Shown: piece by piece, positions 1 through 10,012 of the stretch
Position numbering within the stretch: position 1 is the first letter of the stretch
Layout of the letters: each line of letters opens with the position of its first letter
From: Opitutales bacterium
GTDB taxonomy: Bacteria > Verrucomicrobiota > Verrucomicrobiia > Opitutales > UBA9783
Length of the DNA: 32,000 bases
Assembly (NCBI GenBank): GCA_046881885.1
Contig: JBKSMP010000006.1
Location: 30,001-62,000 of the forward strand
Reading direction: 5' to 3'
The notes under the pieces: model-generated
Seen by the model: the letters and a program-made list of their open reading frames with translations, nothing else
The model's database searches: none
What the model was told of the DNA's origin: nothing
Position numbers and translations under genes: made by a program

Positions 1-14
1 GATTTTGAACCTAC

Positions 15-100
15 GCTGAAGTGGTGAAATGGCAGACACGCATGATTCAGGTTCATGTGCCCGCAGGGGCATGGGGGTTCAAGTCCCCCTTTCAGCACCA
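15..100 (+). tRNA. tRNA-Leu (anticodon CAG), class II with long variable arm, CCA encoded
   Basis: Cloverleaf readable by eye. Acceptor GCTGAAG/TTTCAGC (one G-T pair). D arm GTG..GG..CAC. Anticodon stem CATGA/TCATG with loop TTCAGGT (CAG, G37). Variable arm TGCCCGCAGGGGCAT. T arm GGGGG-TTCAAGT-CCCCC, then ACCA. Confidence 0.9.
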
Positions 101-155
101 TTTTAAGCTTGACTTTAGGAGTTTTTTTCGAAACTCTGTTACATATTAAGAATAC

Positions 156-428
156 ATGCAAGAAGCTATAGAAGTAGAAGGAACCGTTGTAACCGTTTTG
201 CCTGGAACGACTTTTCGCGTTCGGCTCGATAATAATCACGAATTATTGGCCCATATCTCTGGAAAACTAAGAAAAAATTTTATAAAAATTGGTGTTGGAG
301 ATCGTGTAAAAATGGAAATGAGTCCTTACGACTTTACGCAAGCCCGCATCTGTTATCGCCTCAAGCAAACACAAAACCAGCCTGCCAATCCCCCCAAACG
401 CAGTTTCGGTCCTCGCCGTAATGGCTAA
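156..428 (+). CDS. infA: translation initiation factor IF-1 with a ~20-aa C-terminal extension
   Basis: The first ~70 aa ([66 protein letters not shown]) is the canonical S1-like IF-1 sequence. The tail [21 protein letters not shown] is extra. Confidence 0.92.
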   Translation: MQEAIEVEGTVVTVLPGTTFRVRLDNNHELLAHISGKLRKNFIKIGVGDRVKMEMSPYDFTQARICYRLKQTQNQPANPPKRSFGPRRNG

Positions 429-437
429 TTACAAAAT

Positions 438-992
438 TTATAAAAACGTACAAGAGGTTTTTGTAGGTTGATGTTGTGGAACATCTACAGGTTTTGATGA
501 TTGTTGTGAGGTATCCTGACGTGAGGCTCGTATTTTACGAATAAGTTCGTAATAATCCAAACTAGCTAGAAAATTATGTTCTTCTTCGGTTAGGCCAAAT
601 TGAGTCATTGAACGATTAATAATATTGATTAAAATATTAAAATGTTCTAAGGCACAAATAAAACTATTTATGATCAAATTTTCTTCTGTTTCAGGAAAGG
701 ATAAATTCTTTAATAGATTCATTCGATAAAAAATTAAATAAGTATCGTAAATATCTCGATCTCCGTGGTGAAGATACTGATGTAGCCCATAAATTTTATT
801 TTCTAAAATTTTATTTTTGAATACATTTAAATCAGAACCATCCCGTAATAAAACATTTTCACACAATTCACATATTCTTAAAAGGTCATCATCTTCTAAA
901 AGATCACTTAACCGAGTTGCATAAGAAAAGGTTACCATTCCAACACAATACCAACCAAAATAATATAAGAATTTAATAAATCTGTCAAACAT
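438..992 (-). CDS. small protein with hydrophobic N-terminus, member S0 of the small Cys-motif partner family
   Basis: 184-aa ORF with hydrophobic N-terminus FLYYFGWYCVGMVTFSYA. It has RICELCENVLL and KNLSFPETEENLIINSFICALEHFNIL blocks that resemble blocks in ORFs 14922-15566 and 29311-29955. No recognisable catalytic motif. Confidence 0.55.
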   Translation of the reverse strand: MFDRFIKFLYYFGWYCVGMVTFSYATRLSDLLEDDDLLRICELCENVLLRDGSDLNVFKNKILENKIYGLHQYLHHGDRDIYDTYLIFYRMNLLKNLSFPETEENLIINSFICALEHFNILINIINRSMTQFGLTEEEHNFLASLDYYELIRKIRASRQDTSQQSSKPVDVPQHQPTKTSCTFL

Positions 993-1377
993 TTGCCTTT
1001 ACTATGGTAGATAGTTAAGTTTTGTCAATAAGGATCGATGGTGCTTTTGTTTTTTGTATTTTTTAAAATTAAGGAACATTATGTGTTTTAGGATTTTTGG
1101 GAAACGTCTTCCATTTCGGCTCCTTCAGTGGGGCCCAACAGTACTAGTTTTTCCAGTACTGATAATACAGTTACATCATTGACAGAAAACTTGAAAAATA
1201 TTTTTAGAGATGTGTTTGTACTGCATTTTCATCTTTTACGTTATCTGAAAATGCTAGCTTCACATCTCTCTCCGCTTTTCGCAACTTTTTGCTTCCTGTG
1301 TTTCACTTCAAACTTGAACTTTCCCCTACTTCCAATTTTTTATTGCTAAATTACTACAAAAAGTTTAAAATAAAAGA

Positions 1378-3492
1378 ATGACATCAATCAATGTACAAGG
1401 CCAAGCACCACTCCAATCTTTACCTCAAACAAACACTCTAAACCCAAATAGACCTGATAATCCGGTTACTCAAACCCAAAGTTCCCTAACACCCATATCA
1501 TCAGCTCAAAATCAACCATCTTCCATACAGCAAACCCCAAATTTAGAACAAGCAAGGCCAGCAACTGGTATACAAGCAGAAGCTAAACGATCAAAACCCA
1601 TTCAGGAAAATGATTCAACAAACAAAGGTACCGTTACTATTACTGAACAAATTTCTTCAGGTCGACATCCGCATTTAGATGAAACCACTAATAAATCGGT
1701 TCAAGACTATTTCAATACTAAAAAAACTGATAAAAAAGAAGATGTCGATACCCTTATATCTAATCTGAAAGATATGGATATTATTGATGACGATGGTAAT
1801 ATTAATTTTGGAAATTTAAATCCAAACTCTAAAGAAGATTCAAGATTTGTTAGTGACTTGAAAAAATTAGCAGCTAAAGCTGGCATTAAAGGTAAAATAT
1901 TCAAAAATGAAGAAGGACAATTTGACTTTGAAATTACAGGAAAATGTAGTGAGGAAGCTAAAACATGCATGAAAGCCCTTAAAGAAAAGCTAAATGATAT
2001 AAAAGATAATACAGAGCCGAAATTAGAAGTTAATATAAACATAAATCCTGAGGCTGTTGGTCCTTTATCTGTAAATGATCAGCGTATACTTGCAAATGGC
2101 GGTCAAATACAATACCGTTCATTGCCTGGTGGCGATATAATGAAATTAACATTAGATCCGAGTAAAAATAATGGAGAAGGAGCGTTAAGGGTTGATGTTT
2201 TTGATGAAAATTGTGTAACTTCAAAATCTACTTCTGGAAATATCCCCCTTAAAGTGGTTTTTGAAGGTCAAGAACTTAATGGAAAGAAAGTAGGTCCTTT
2301 TTTAAAAGATTGGCGTAGTAGACAATTATTTGAAAACTCTATCATTAAGGAAAACTTTACAAATTTTACACCTGGTATACATCGTTGGGATAGGTTTGAT
2401 GGTTCCAACGAGAATGATGTCAATCGTATTCAATCACAAGATACCCTTTGGAATGCTGTTAATGAGTATCTAAAAGCTTCTGTTGAAATAACCGAAGGAC
2501 ACTTTAAAGCTGATAATAAGGAACCAAATGCTTCAGCTGGTATTGATACTTCCAATGGTGAAGATCATCAATCTGAATCGTATTCTATATCACCTGAAAA
2601 TAATTCATCAGCTACTGCAAGTACAATTCAAGAAAACAGTTCTCATCTAAAAGGTAGTCAAGAAACAATATACAATCTTAGCGATGGTATGCCAGGAAAT
2701 ATTGATACCAGTGAGGAACTAAAAAGTCCTAAGGGAAGCATCAAAACTAAAGGAAATGGCGAACAAAATGCTGTTTTACGCAACGGCTTTGAGAATGTAG
2801 TCGATCTTGCCCAACAAAGCCTGGAAGTAAATATTCAGCCTAACTCCATAACTACTGAGAAATCTCCAAGTCAAGATTTAGATATTCAAGAGGTTCTGCC
2901 TGAAGGTAATCAAAATAAGAAATCTATTAAAGCAACCTTCCAACCTCCCCAAAAAAGTAAAGATTTTTGGGGGAATCTGGATAACCTAAAAAAACTTAAT
3001 ACAGAATCTTCAGAGAATGAAATTAACGTTGAAAATTTGGAAGCTACCGCTGAAATTGCAAAGAAAAAAACAAAAGCAACAAGAAATGGGAAAGCTGCAG
3101 GGAAAGATAACTGGGAAGAATTGTTAAAAGCATCTAGCGATTTGGCAAAAAAAATGAAGGGTTTACTAAGTGGTCTAAATGATGAAGAAACTATCGATGA
3201 ATCTTCAAATATAAAACCAAATACTACTGCAATAGAAAATCCAGGACAAAAATTATTAGAAAAAAAAGGACTTGCCTTAAAAATTCAATTAAATGAAATA
3301 CAACAGGAATTGAACAGTAAGTGGGTTTTTCACAAAAATCATGGTTTGGAAAATCCAGATGCGTTTAAGCAGGAAATAACAAACTTTAATAATGCTATAA
3401 AAGAAACTTATAATAATGAAAAAGATTATTGGGACAAATTTACAAGCTGGTATGCAAAAAAAAATGGTGGCTCTCCAGTAGTGAAAAAATAG
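1378..3492 (+). CDS. large Q/N/S/T/P-rich hypothetical protein (effector-like composition)
   Basis: 704-aa uninterrupted ORF. The N-terminal ~100 aa are low-complexity (Q/N/S/T/P) with no hydrophobic signal peptide. The C-terminal part is K/E-rich and helical-looking. No catalytic motif seen. Confidence 0.6.
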   Translation: MTSINVQGQAPLQSLPQTNTLNPNRPDNPVTQTQSSLTPISSAQNQPSSIQQTPNLEQARPATGIQAEAKRSKPIQENDSTNKGTVTITEQISSGRHPHLDETTNKSVQDYFNTKKTDKKEDVDTLISNLKDMDIIDDDGNINFGNLNPNSKEDSRFVSDLKKLAAKAGIKGKIFKNEEGQFDFEITGKCSEEAKTCMKALKEKLNDIKDNTEPKLEVNININPEAVGPLSVNDQRILANGGQIQYRSLPGGDIMKLTLDPSKNNGEGALRVDVFDENCVTSKSTSGNIPLKVVFEGQELNGKKVGPFLKDWRSRQLFENSIIKENFTNFTPGIHRWDRFDGSNENDVNRIQSQDTLWNAVNEYLKASVEITEGHFKADNKEPNASAGIDTSNGEDHQSESYSISPENNSSATASTIQENSSHLKGSQETIYNLSDGMPGNIDTSEELKSPKGSIKTKGNGEQNAVLRNGFENVVDLAQQSLEVNIQPNSITTEKSPSQDLDIQEVLPEGNQNKKSIKATFQPPQKSKDFWGNLDNLKKLNTESSENEINVENLEATAEIAKKKTKATRNGKAAGKDNWEELLKASSDLAKKMKGLLSGLNDEETIDESSNIKPNTTAIENPGQKLLEKKGLALKIQLNEIQQELNSKWVFHKNHGLENPDAFKQEITNFNNAIKETYNNEKDYWDKFTSWYAKKNGGSPVVKK

Positions 3493-3585
3493 CCAGGCAC
3501 TCTACGGCACAGAATAATGAAACTACCGCTGCTGCCTTCCGGCCCTGACGGGGTTCATTCATCGTTCTTGCATAGAACCCAGCTA
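3490..3585 (-). ncRNA. ffs: signal recognition particle RNA (4.5S-type small SRP RNA)
   Basis: The minus strand reads ..UAGCUGGGUUCUAUGC..CCCCGUCAGGGCCGGAAGGCAGCAGCGGUAG..GCCGUAGAGUGCCUGGCUA-UUUUUU. The core GUCAGGnCCGGAAGGnAGCAGC with a GGAA tetraloop is the conserved SRP domain IV motif. The 5' and 3' ends pair into a long helix followed by a U-run. It is a local GC-rich patch in AT-rich DNA. Confidence 0.85.
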
Positions 3586-3716
3586 CAAATACTAGTTTCA
3601 TAGAGAAAACAATTTTTGTCAAGTTTCTTTTGCACCCGATAGTTTATAAATCTTAAAAAAATTCCAACTAGAATTGGTAATTTTTTCAAGGTTGCATTAA
3701 ATATTTTTATTTTGGG

Positions 3717-6700
3717 ATGGACGAAAAGGCAAAGTTTCGCGAGAGTAGATATATGGGGAAAAACTTTGTGCATTTGCATGTGCATTCTGAGTACAGTTTG
3801 CTCGATGGTGCTTGTCGTATGGATCGTTTGATTCAGCGGGCAAGTGAGCTTCAAATGCCGGCATTGGCACTTACGGATCACGGAAATTTGTTTGGAATTC
3901 CTCAATTTTATAAAGCTGCCAAGAAGGCAGGTATTAAGCCCTTGTTAGGTTGTGAAATTTACTTGATGTACGAAGGATCACGGTTAGAAAAGCGGCGTGA
4001 TCAAGGTACGGAAGGCTTAAAACTAGGTCATAGTTGCTTGATTGCTCAAAATTGGCAAGGATTTAAGAATTTAACACAACTCGTTTCGGATGCTCACGTT
4101 AATGGTTTTTATTACAAACCAAGAACAGATTTGGAACAATTACGAAAGTATAGTGAAGGCTTAATGGCTACATCTGGATGTCTTGCAGGCATTATTCCTC
4201 AGTTTTTACTACGTGGTGATTACGACAAAGCCAAACAAGCTTTGGAACGGTTTCTCGATATTTTTGGCCCTGAAAATTATTACATAGAGATCCAAAATCA
4301 AGGTCTTCAAGAGCAGACAGAGATTAATCCATTGCTACATCAATTAGCGCAAGAATTTGGTGTAAAATGCATTGCAACCAATGACGTGCATTATGTTTAC
4401 CAAAAAGATTGGGAAGCGCAGGATGCACTTTTATGTATTCAGACAGGCAATAAGGTGAGCGAAGAAGAACGGATGCGGATGCCCAATCATCAGTTTTATT
4501 TGAAGTCGCACGAAGAAATGGCATTGGCCTTTCAGGACCATCCCGAATACCTCGAAAATACGATGGATTTTGTGGAACGCTGCGATGTAGAATTACCTTT
4601 TGGAGAAAATCATTATCCCGTTTTCAGCTTAAAACATTTGCCAGAAAGCTATCAGAAGCAGTATGCTACTAATAAGGATTTATTTTATGCGCTATGTATT
4701 CAAGGTTTGAAAAAGCGCTACGACATTGATTTTGAAACTGAAACTGGCCCTGAGGCGTTCGGTTTGTCGCCACATGAAGTCGTGGAGCGATTAAAATACG
4801 AATGGAAGATTATCGAACAAGCGGGTTTTACGGATTACTTTCTTATTGTTTGGGACTTTATCCATTGGGCTAAAACGCAAGGTATTCCAGTAGGTCCTGG
4901 AAGAGGTTCGGCAGCGGGTTCGCTTGTGGCCTATTTGATGACCATTACCGATACGGATCCATTACGCTTCAATCTCCTTTTTGAACGTTTTCTCAACCCG
5001 GAACGTGTTTCTCCACCCGATATCGATATTGACTTTTGCATGCGTCGTCGAGAAGAAGTTATTCAATACGTTCGACAGACTTATGGCGCATCAAATGTAG
5101 GCAACATCATTACCTTTGGAACATTGGGGGCTAAAATGGTGGTACGCGATTTGGCCCGTGTTTACGATATTCCCTACTCAGAAGCCGATCGTTGGTCTAA
5201 GATGATTCCAGACGATTTGAAAATTACCCTATCCGGAGCCCTTGAAAAATCTTACGAACTTAAGCAAGAAGTTGAAACCAATCCCTCTGCTGAAAAGGTG
5301 TTTGAAGAAGGACAGGTTCTAGAAGGGATCGCGCGGAATTCAGGTACACACGCTTGTGGTATCATTATTTGGGATAAGCCGCTAACAGAAATTATTCCAA
5401 CAACACTTCAAGACGAGGTTCTAACCACTCAGTATTCCAAAGAATATGTGGAAGAATTGGGCCTACTTAAGATGGACTTTTTGGGCCTAAAAACGCTTAC
5501 CATTATTAGCGACGCCCAAGATTTGATTCGCAAACAAGTTGATAAAGATTTCGATATTCATAACATCTCTTTTGAAGACCCAAAGACCTTTGCAATGCTC
5601 AATAAGGGTGAAACGATCGGTGTTTTCCAATTTGAAGGTGCATTTGTGCAAAAAATTTGTCAGCAGTTTGAACTTAATTCTATCGATGAAATCAGTGCCC
5701 TTAGTGCTCTCAATCGCCCTGGACCAATGGAATGGATTCCAGATTATATTGAAGGTAAAAAACATCCAGAGAAGATAAAATACATTCATCCATTGTTGGA
5801 AAATGTTTGCCGTAAAACCTATGGAATACTTGTTTTCCAAGAACAAGTTATGCAGGCAGCTCAGATTATCGCAGGTTATAGTCTAGGCGGTGCGGATATT
5901 TTGCGACGAGCAATGGGTAAGAAAAAAGTCGATGTTATGAATGCCCAACGCGAGATTTTTGTAAAAGGCGCTTGGGAGCAACATAGCATTCCCGATGGTC
6001 GTGCAAATGAAATCTTTGATGTACTTGCAAAGTTTGCTGGTTATGGATTCAATAAATCGCACTCAGATGCTTACGCAATTATCATTTATCAAACGGCTTA
6101 TTTAAAAGCCAATTATCCTACGCAGTTTATGGCAGCCATCCTTTCGTCAGAATTAGGAAATGCAGATAAATTGTCGTTTTACATCGAAAATTGTCGAAGC
6201 TCATTGGGAATTGAGATTCTTGGGCCAGATATTAATGAATCCTTAGATGTCTTTACCCCTGTCGCTTTTGATCAGAAAAAACAGATTCGATTTGGTTTGG
6301 CAGCTATTAAAGGGGTTGGAGATATCGCTGCATCGAAAATTTTGGAAGAACGCAATCGTAATGGTAAATTTACTTCGTTTACAGATTTTGCAAAACGCGT
6401 AGATCCCAAAGCTTCTAATCGGCGTGTCGTTGAGAACCTTATCAAAGCAGGAGCTTTTGATGCCTTTGGGGAAGATCGACGTTACTTGCTCGAAAACATG
6501 GATAGTTTGCTTAAATCAGCCTCCATTGCTCAGCAAGATTTACAGAAAGGCCAAGCCTCTTTGTTTGATCTAGATGAACTATTAAGCGTACCTGAACCTG
6601 TTGTTGAAGCTAAGCAAACACGTACAATGCCCTTTTTCGAGAAATTAAATTACGAAAAAGAACTGTTAGGATTTTACCTTTCAGGGCACCCATTAGATTC

Positions 6701-7331
6701 TCTTATGGGACTTGAAAAAGTCTTTCAAACCTTTGAACCCGAAGAATTACCTCTGGTTCCTGGGGGTGAAACCTTTCGTATTTGTGGAGTTGTTGAAGAT
6801 GTTACCAAGCGTATTTCTAAAAAAACAAATCGTCCTTGGTTAGCCTTCGTGCTTTCTACCAAAGAAACCCGTTATGAACTTCAATTGTTTTCAGAAAGTT
6901 TTGAAAAATTTGGCCACTTAGTTCAAGAAGGAGCGTTGCTTATTATCGAAGGAGCCATTCGTAAAACAAAAGAAGGTTACCAACTCAATACGCAACGTGT
7001 GATCGATTTTCAGAAGCATTTTCCTAATTTAATTAAGCGTTTGCATTGGATTCTTAAGCCCATAACAGAAGCAAAAAACTTTTTTGAAGAACTTGCAACT
7101 ATTATAAAAAATAAAGACGGTTCTATGGAAATGAAAGTAAGTTTTGCTATTGATGAAACATACGCATTAGAAGGTACTTTGCCTCTCGGTAGTAAAACCT
7201 CCCTAACCTTAGAAGAAATTGCTCAATTAAAAAAGCATCCAGCGGTTTTTGCGCTTGAAGTTACTCCTTGTGAAACCACGCCTTTCCCTAAAAAAGACTT
7301 CAAAACTACGTCGCGTCGTTGGATTGATTAA
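3717..7331 (+). CDS. dnaE: DNA polymerase III alpha subunit
   Basis: 1204-aa ORF. It has the N-terminal PHP domain motif FVHLHVHSEYSLLDGA..ALTDHGNLFG, the polymerase core (GPGRGSAAGSLVAYLMTITDTDP, PPDIDIDF, GLLKMDFLGLKTLT) and a C-terminal OB-fold region. The true start may be the ATG at 3753 (MGKNFVHLHVH). Confidence 0.95.
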   Translation: MDEKAKFRESRYMGKNFVHLHVHSEYSLLDGACRMDRLIQRASELQMPALALTDHGNLFGIPQFYKAAKKAGIKPLLGCEIYLMYEGSRLEKRRDQGTEGLKLGHSCLIAQNWQGFKNLTQLVSDAHVNGFYYKPRTDLEQLRKYSEGLMATSGCLAGIIPQFLLRGDYDKAKQALERFLDIFGPENYYIEIQNQGLQEQTEINPLLHQLAQEFGVKCIATNDVHYVYQKDWEAQDALLCIQTGNKVSEEERMRMPNHQFYLKSHEEMALAFQDHPEYLENTMDFVERCDVELPFGENHYPVFSLKHLPESYQKQYATNKDLFYALCIQGLKKRYDIDFETETGPEAFGLSPHEVVERLKYEWKIIEQAGFTDYFLIVWDFIHWAKTQGIPVGPGRGSAAGSLVAYLMTITDTDPLRFNLLFERFLNPERVSPPDIDIDFCMRRREEVIQYVRQTYGASNVGNIITFGTLGAKMVVRDLARVYDIPYSEADRWSKMIPDDLKITLSGALEKSYELKQEVETNPSAEKVFEEGQVLEGIARNSGTHACGIIIWDKPLTEIIPTTLQDEVLTTQYSKEYVEELGLLKMDFLGLKTLTIISDAQDLIRKQVDKDFDIHNISFEDPKTFAMLNKGETIGVFQFEGAFVQKICQQFELNSIDEISALSALNRPGPMEWIPDYIEGKKHPEKIKYIHPLLENVCRKTYGILVFQEQVMQAAQIIAGYSLGGADILRRAMGKKKVDVMNAQREIFVKGAWEQHSIPDGRANEIFDVLAKFAGYGFNKSHSDAYAIIIYQTAYLKANYPTQFMAAILSSELGNADKLSFYIENCRSSLGIEILGPDINESLDVFTPVAFDQKKQIRFGLAAIKGVGDIAASKILEERNRNGKFTSFTDFAKRVDPKASNRRVVENLIKAGAFDAFGEDRRYLLENMDSLLKSASIAQQDLQKGQASLFDLDELLSVPEPVVEAKQTRTMPFFEKLNYEKELLGFYLSGHPLDSLMGLEKVFQTFEPEELPLVPGGETFRICGVVEDVTKRISKKTNRPWLAFVLSTKETRYELQLFSESFEKFGHLVQEGALLIIEGAIRKTKEGYQLNTQRVIDFQKHFPNLIKRLHWILKPITEAKNFFEELATIIKNKDGSMEMKVSFAIDETYALEGTLPLGSKTSLTLEEIAQLKKHPAVFALEVTPCETTPFPKKDFKTTSRRWID

Positions 7332-7373
7332 AAAGATGTCGATTTATATAAAAACAGATGATATAATTTTTAT

Positions 7374-7965
7374 ATGCGAAATTGAACGAAAGAAACGGGG
7401 TTTACCCTACCCTACTGGAAATGCTTGTCGTAATCGGGCTTTTAGTAATTGTTACGACAGTAGCAGTGCCTCAATTTTAGAAATGCTTTGATGACATTCA
7501 CCTCAACAAATCTTTAGACGATCTAGATTCATTGTTGCAATCAACGCGATCTTACTACCTCGTTATGAATGAATTTCCTGACGATGGAGACCCTGAAGTT
7601 TTCCATATAAAAGATGGTTGGGCTTTCCAAGCTAATTTTCTTGGAAACAAAACAACAAAAAGTGAAAAAACTACTATACTTTTGCTATAAAACCATGGAA
7701 AGGCTATACTTATAATTGGGATTTTTGGCCCTTGCAAAATTCTCATATATGTGAGTGGGTTTTACTTTTTGAAGGACAGGGAGAAGATTCTGTAGCAGAA
7801 ACAAATAGAGATTTATTTAAACAGAAGGTATCTCAGCGTTATAGAAAAGATTTAGTTAATGATGTTACTAAAAGAAATAATGAGGCTTATACCTATTTGA
7901 ATTTTTCTGTGGTAGAAAGTCCTAAAACAGGAAAAAAAGCAAACTATTGGAATCGGTATTACTAA
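7374..7965 (+). pseudogene. decayed prepilin-type (type II secretion / type IV pilin-like) pseudopilin gene
   Basis: The G-F-T-L and L-E-M-L-V-V-I-G-L-L-V-I-V-T-T-V-A-V-P-Q-F halves of the prepilin cleavage/methylation motif lie in different frames. They are separated by a tandem ACCCT-ACCCT duplication (7404-7413). There is a TGA at 7383-7385 after the ATG at 7374, and an in-frame TAG at 7478-7480. The frame changes again at an A6 run (7665-7670). The pilin-like body (KCFDDIHLNKSLDDLDSLLQSTRSYY..) continues after the TAG. Confidence 0.7.
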
Positions 7966-8073
7966 ATAATTGGCAAATTTAAGCCTTATTTATGAATTCA
8001 TTGCATAAACTTTCTCTTGTTTAAACTTATGACTTGCATTTTAAAAAAGGTTTAATAAAATTAAGTTGTTTTA

Positions 8074-8571
8074 ATGGAAGTAGATAATACACAAGCTGTT
8101 TTTAATGTTTGCCAGACCTTTGATTCCATTATTATTCAAATAAAAGGAAAGGCTGATTATTTAAATGCACCCTTATTAAATGCATTTTTAGAACAAACAC
8201 TTTGCTATAATTTTAAGAAGTATTGTGTTTTGTTTCAAGAATGTACAGGTATTGATAGTACATGCTTAGGGATTCTGGCGGGCTTGTTGTTAAAATTAAA
8301 AAAAGATAATGGAGTTTGCTTATTTTGCGGTTTGCGAGAACGACAACTTGAAAGTGTACGTTTATTAGGTTTGGACCAATTAGCTCAAATTGTTAACGAT
8401 TTTGAAATAAATGATAAAGACGTAGAAACGTGCTTTTTAGAAAATAAAAATTCTACTTTGAGTCCGGATTTGATTTTAGAAGCTCATAAATTTTTAATGG
8501 AGTTAAATGCACGTAATAAAATTAGATTTCAAGACGTCGTACATTTTTTAGAACAAGAAAAAAATACTTAA
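8074..8571 (+). CDS. STAS-domain protein, anti-sigma-factor antagonist-like (RsbV/SpoIIAA-like)
   Basis: 165-aa ORF with a STAS-like core (IIIQIKGKADYLNAPLLNAFLE .. GIDSTCLGILAGLLLKLKKDNG .. LRERQLESVRLLGLDQL). It includes the DS[ST]xLG phosphorylatable-serine context. Its stop overlaps the start of the downstream phosphatase gene (TAATG). Confidence 0.75.
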   Translation: MEVDNTQAVFNVCQTFDSIIIQIKGKADYLNAPLLNAFLEQTLCYNFKKYCVLFQECTGIDSTCLGILAGLLLKLKKDNGVCLFCGLRERQLESVRLLGLDQLAQIVNDFEINDKDVETCFLENKNSTLSPDLILEAHKFLMELNARNKIRFQDVVHFLEQEKNT

Positions 8572-9995
8572 TGCTTTACTTTTTATTAGGAATTTTTTTT
8601 GGAAGTAGTTTGTTGTTGGCATTTTATTTAACGGCACGATCGGAACACGCAAAGCAGGAAATCCTAACTTCGCAAGTTATTAAAGAAAAAAAGGTAATTT
8701 TAGATTTTTTGCATTCCATGTTTGAAAGCATTGCCCAAGGTTTATCTGCTAATGATATTTACAAACAGATTGTACATGGAGGTTTGACTACAATTGAAGG
8801 TGTATCGGCTTGTTTTTTTAAATTTAATTCAGACACAAAGGAATTGGTAGCCTGTGCAAGCGAAGGTTTGTTCCCTCTCTTAAAAACAAAATTACCTAAA
8901 AAATTAGAACGATCCAAAATGCTTTCTCTTGCTATGCACGGAGAATGCTTTGATTATGAGGAATCCTTTATTGGAGGTGTAGCAAGAGATTTGACCCCCA
9001 TTTCTCTTTATGGAAAAGATTTGGTTAATTTGCCTAAAAACAATGATCCTGCTTTAAAAATACGTGCTTTACTCATCTATCCTATTACCTTTAGGAAAGA
9101 GCTTTTTGGCGTTTTGGCCATTGCTAATTCCTTGAATCCTAATGGTTTTTCAGAAGAACGTTGTCGTTTGTTCGAATCCGTTTGTGAGCAGGTGGGTATT
9201 GTATTGAATAGCGTACGGCAATTAAGTGAATTGTTAAAGAAACGAAAGTTAGATTTTGATCTTAGCTTGGCGGAACAAGTACAATCGGTGTTGTTGCCAA
9301 AAACGGAAGAATTGGCAATAAAAGGTCTGGAATTAAGTGTTAATTATAATGCTTCACAAAAGGTGGGTGGTGATCTTTATGACATCATACCGTTAGATGA
9401 ATATCGAACGGCTATTGTTATTGGAGATGTTTCAGGGAAAGGGGTATCAGCTTCATTGCTCATGGCGACTTGCCTTACGCACTTGAAACATTATGTTCAT
9501 ACGGACGCGACACCTTCCTCTATTTTAAAAAAATTGAATACTGCATTGTATCAACATATTCCGAAAAATATGTTTATTACAATGATTTATGCGATTGTAG
9601 ACACACAGAAAAATTGTATAGAATTTGCAAGAGCAGGTCATGAATATCCTTTTTTAATTCATAACGATCAATTGGTTCAGTTAGAGTCACCAGGAATGGC
9701 TTTAGGAATGATGCCAGAAGCTATTTTCAATCAGGTGATTAAGGATGAAGTTCATCCCTTTGATGTAAATGACGTTTGCCTTTTTTATACAGATGGATTG
9801 TCGGAAGCAGATAATAGGGACGATGTTGAATTTTCAAGTAATAATGTAGGAAAATTTTTAATCCATTATAAAAATGAATCCCCACAAGCAATTAACGAAA
9901 ATATTATTCGTGAAGTTCATACATTTAGGCAAAAACAAAGCTTAAAAGATGACTTAACTCTGATTACCCTCAAAAGGATAAATCATAAAATCTAA
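8571..9995 (+). CDS. membrane-anchored PP2C-family (SpoIIE/RsbU-like) serine phosphatase with sensor (GAF-like) region
   Basis: 474 aa with an N-terminal TM segment (LYFLLGIFFGSSLLLAFYL). PP2C/SpoIIE motifs are VGGDLYDI, IGDVSGKGVSASLLMA, FYTDGLSEA and DDLTLITLKR. It is translationally coupled to the STAS gene. Confidence 0.85.
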   Translation: MLYFLLGIFFGSSLLLAFYLTARSEHAKQEILTSQVIKEKKVILDFLHSMFESIAQGLSANDIYKQIVHGGLTTIEGVSACFFKFNSDTKELVACASEGLFPLLKTKLPKKLERSKMLSLAMHGECFDYEESFIGGVARDLTPISLYGKDLVNLPKNNDPALKIRALLIYPITFRKELFGVLAIANSLNPNGFSEERCRLFESVCEQVGIVLNSVRQLSELLKKRKLDFDLSLAEQVQSVLLPKTEELAIKGLELSVNYNASQKVGGDLYDIIPLDEYRTAIVIGDVSGKGVSASLLMATCLTHLKHYVHTDATPSSILKKLNTALYQHIPKNMFITMIYAIVDTQKNCIEFARAGHEYPFLIHNDQLVQLESPGMALGMMPEAIFNQVIKDEVHPFDVNDVCLFYTDGLSEADNRDDVEFSSNNVGKFLIHYKNESPQAINENIIREVHTFRQKQSLKDDLTLITLKRINHKI

Positions 9996-10012
9996 TAATT
10001 ATAACTTTATTG

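Noticed and set aside
1128-1349. 73-aa ORF between S0 and the 704-aa gene
   Set aside because: No RBS, odd composition (F/L/S-rich) and no motif. It most likely lies in a promoter/leader region.
3440-3905. ORF-track calls 3440-3622(-) and 3555-3905(-)
   Set aside because: They overlap the SRP RNA and the dnaE promoter/5' region. Their translations are low-complexity with no motifs. The RNA explanation accounts for the GC-rich patch.
7326-7345. Shared string GATTAAA(AA)GATGTCGATTT at 7326-7345 and 22965-22982 as possible att/direct repeat flanking an island
   Set aside because: A 14-nt exact match in 32 kb of AT-rich DNA is within chance expectation. The enclosed segment also mixes core genes (rsbV/rsbU-like, NUDIX) with accessory genes, so it is not a coherent element.
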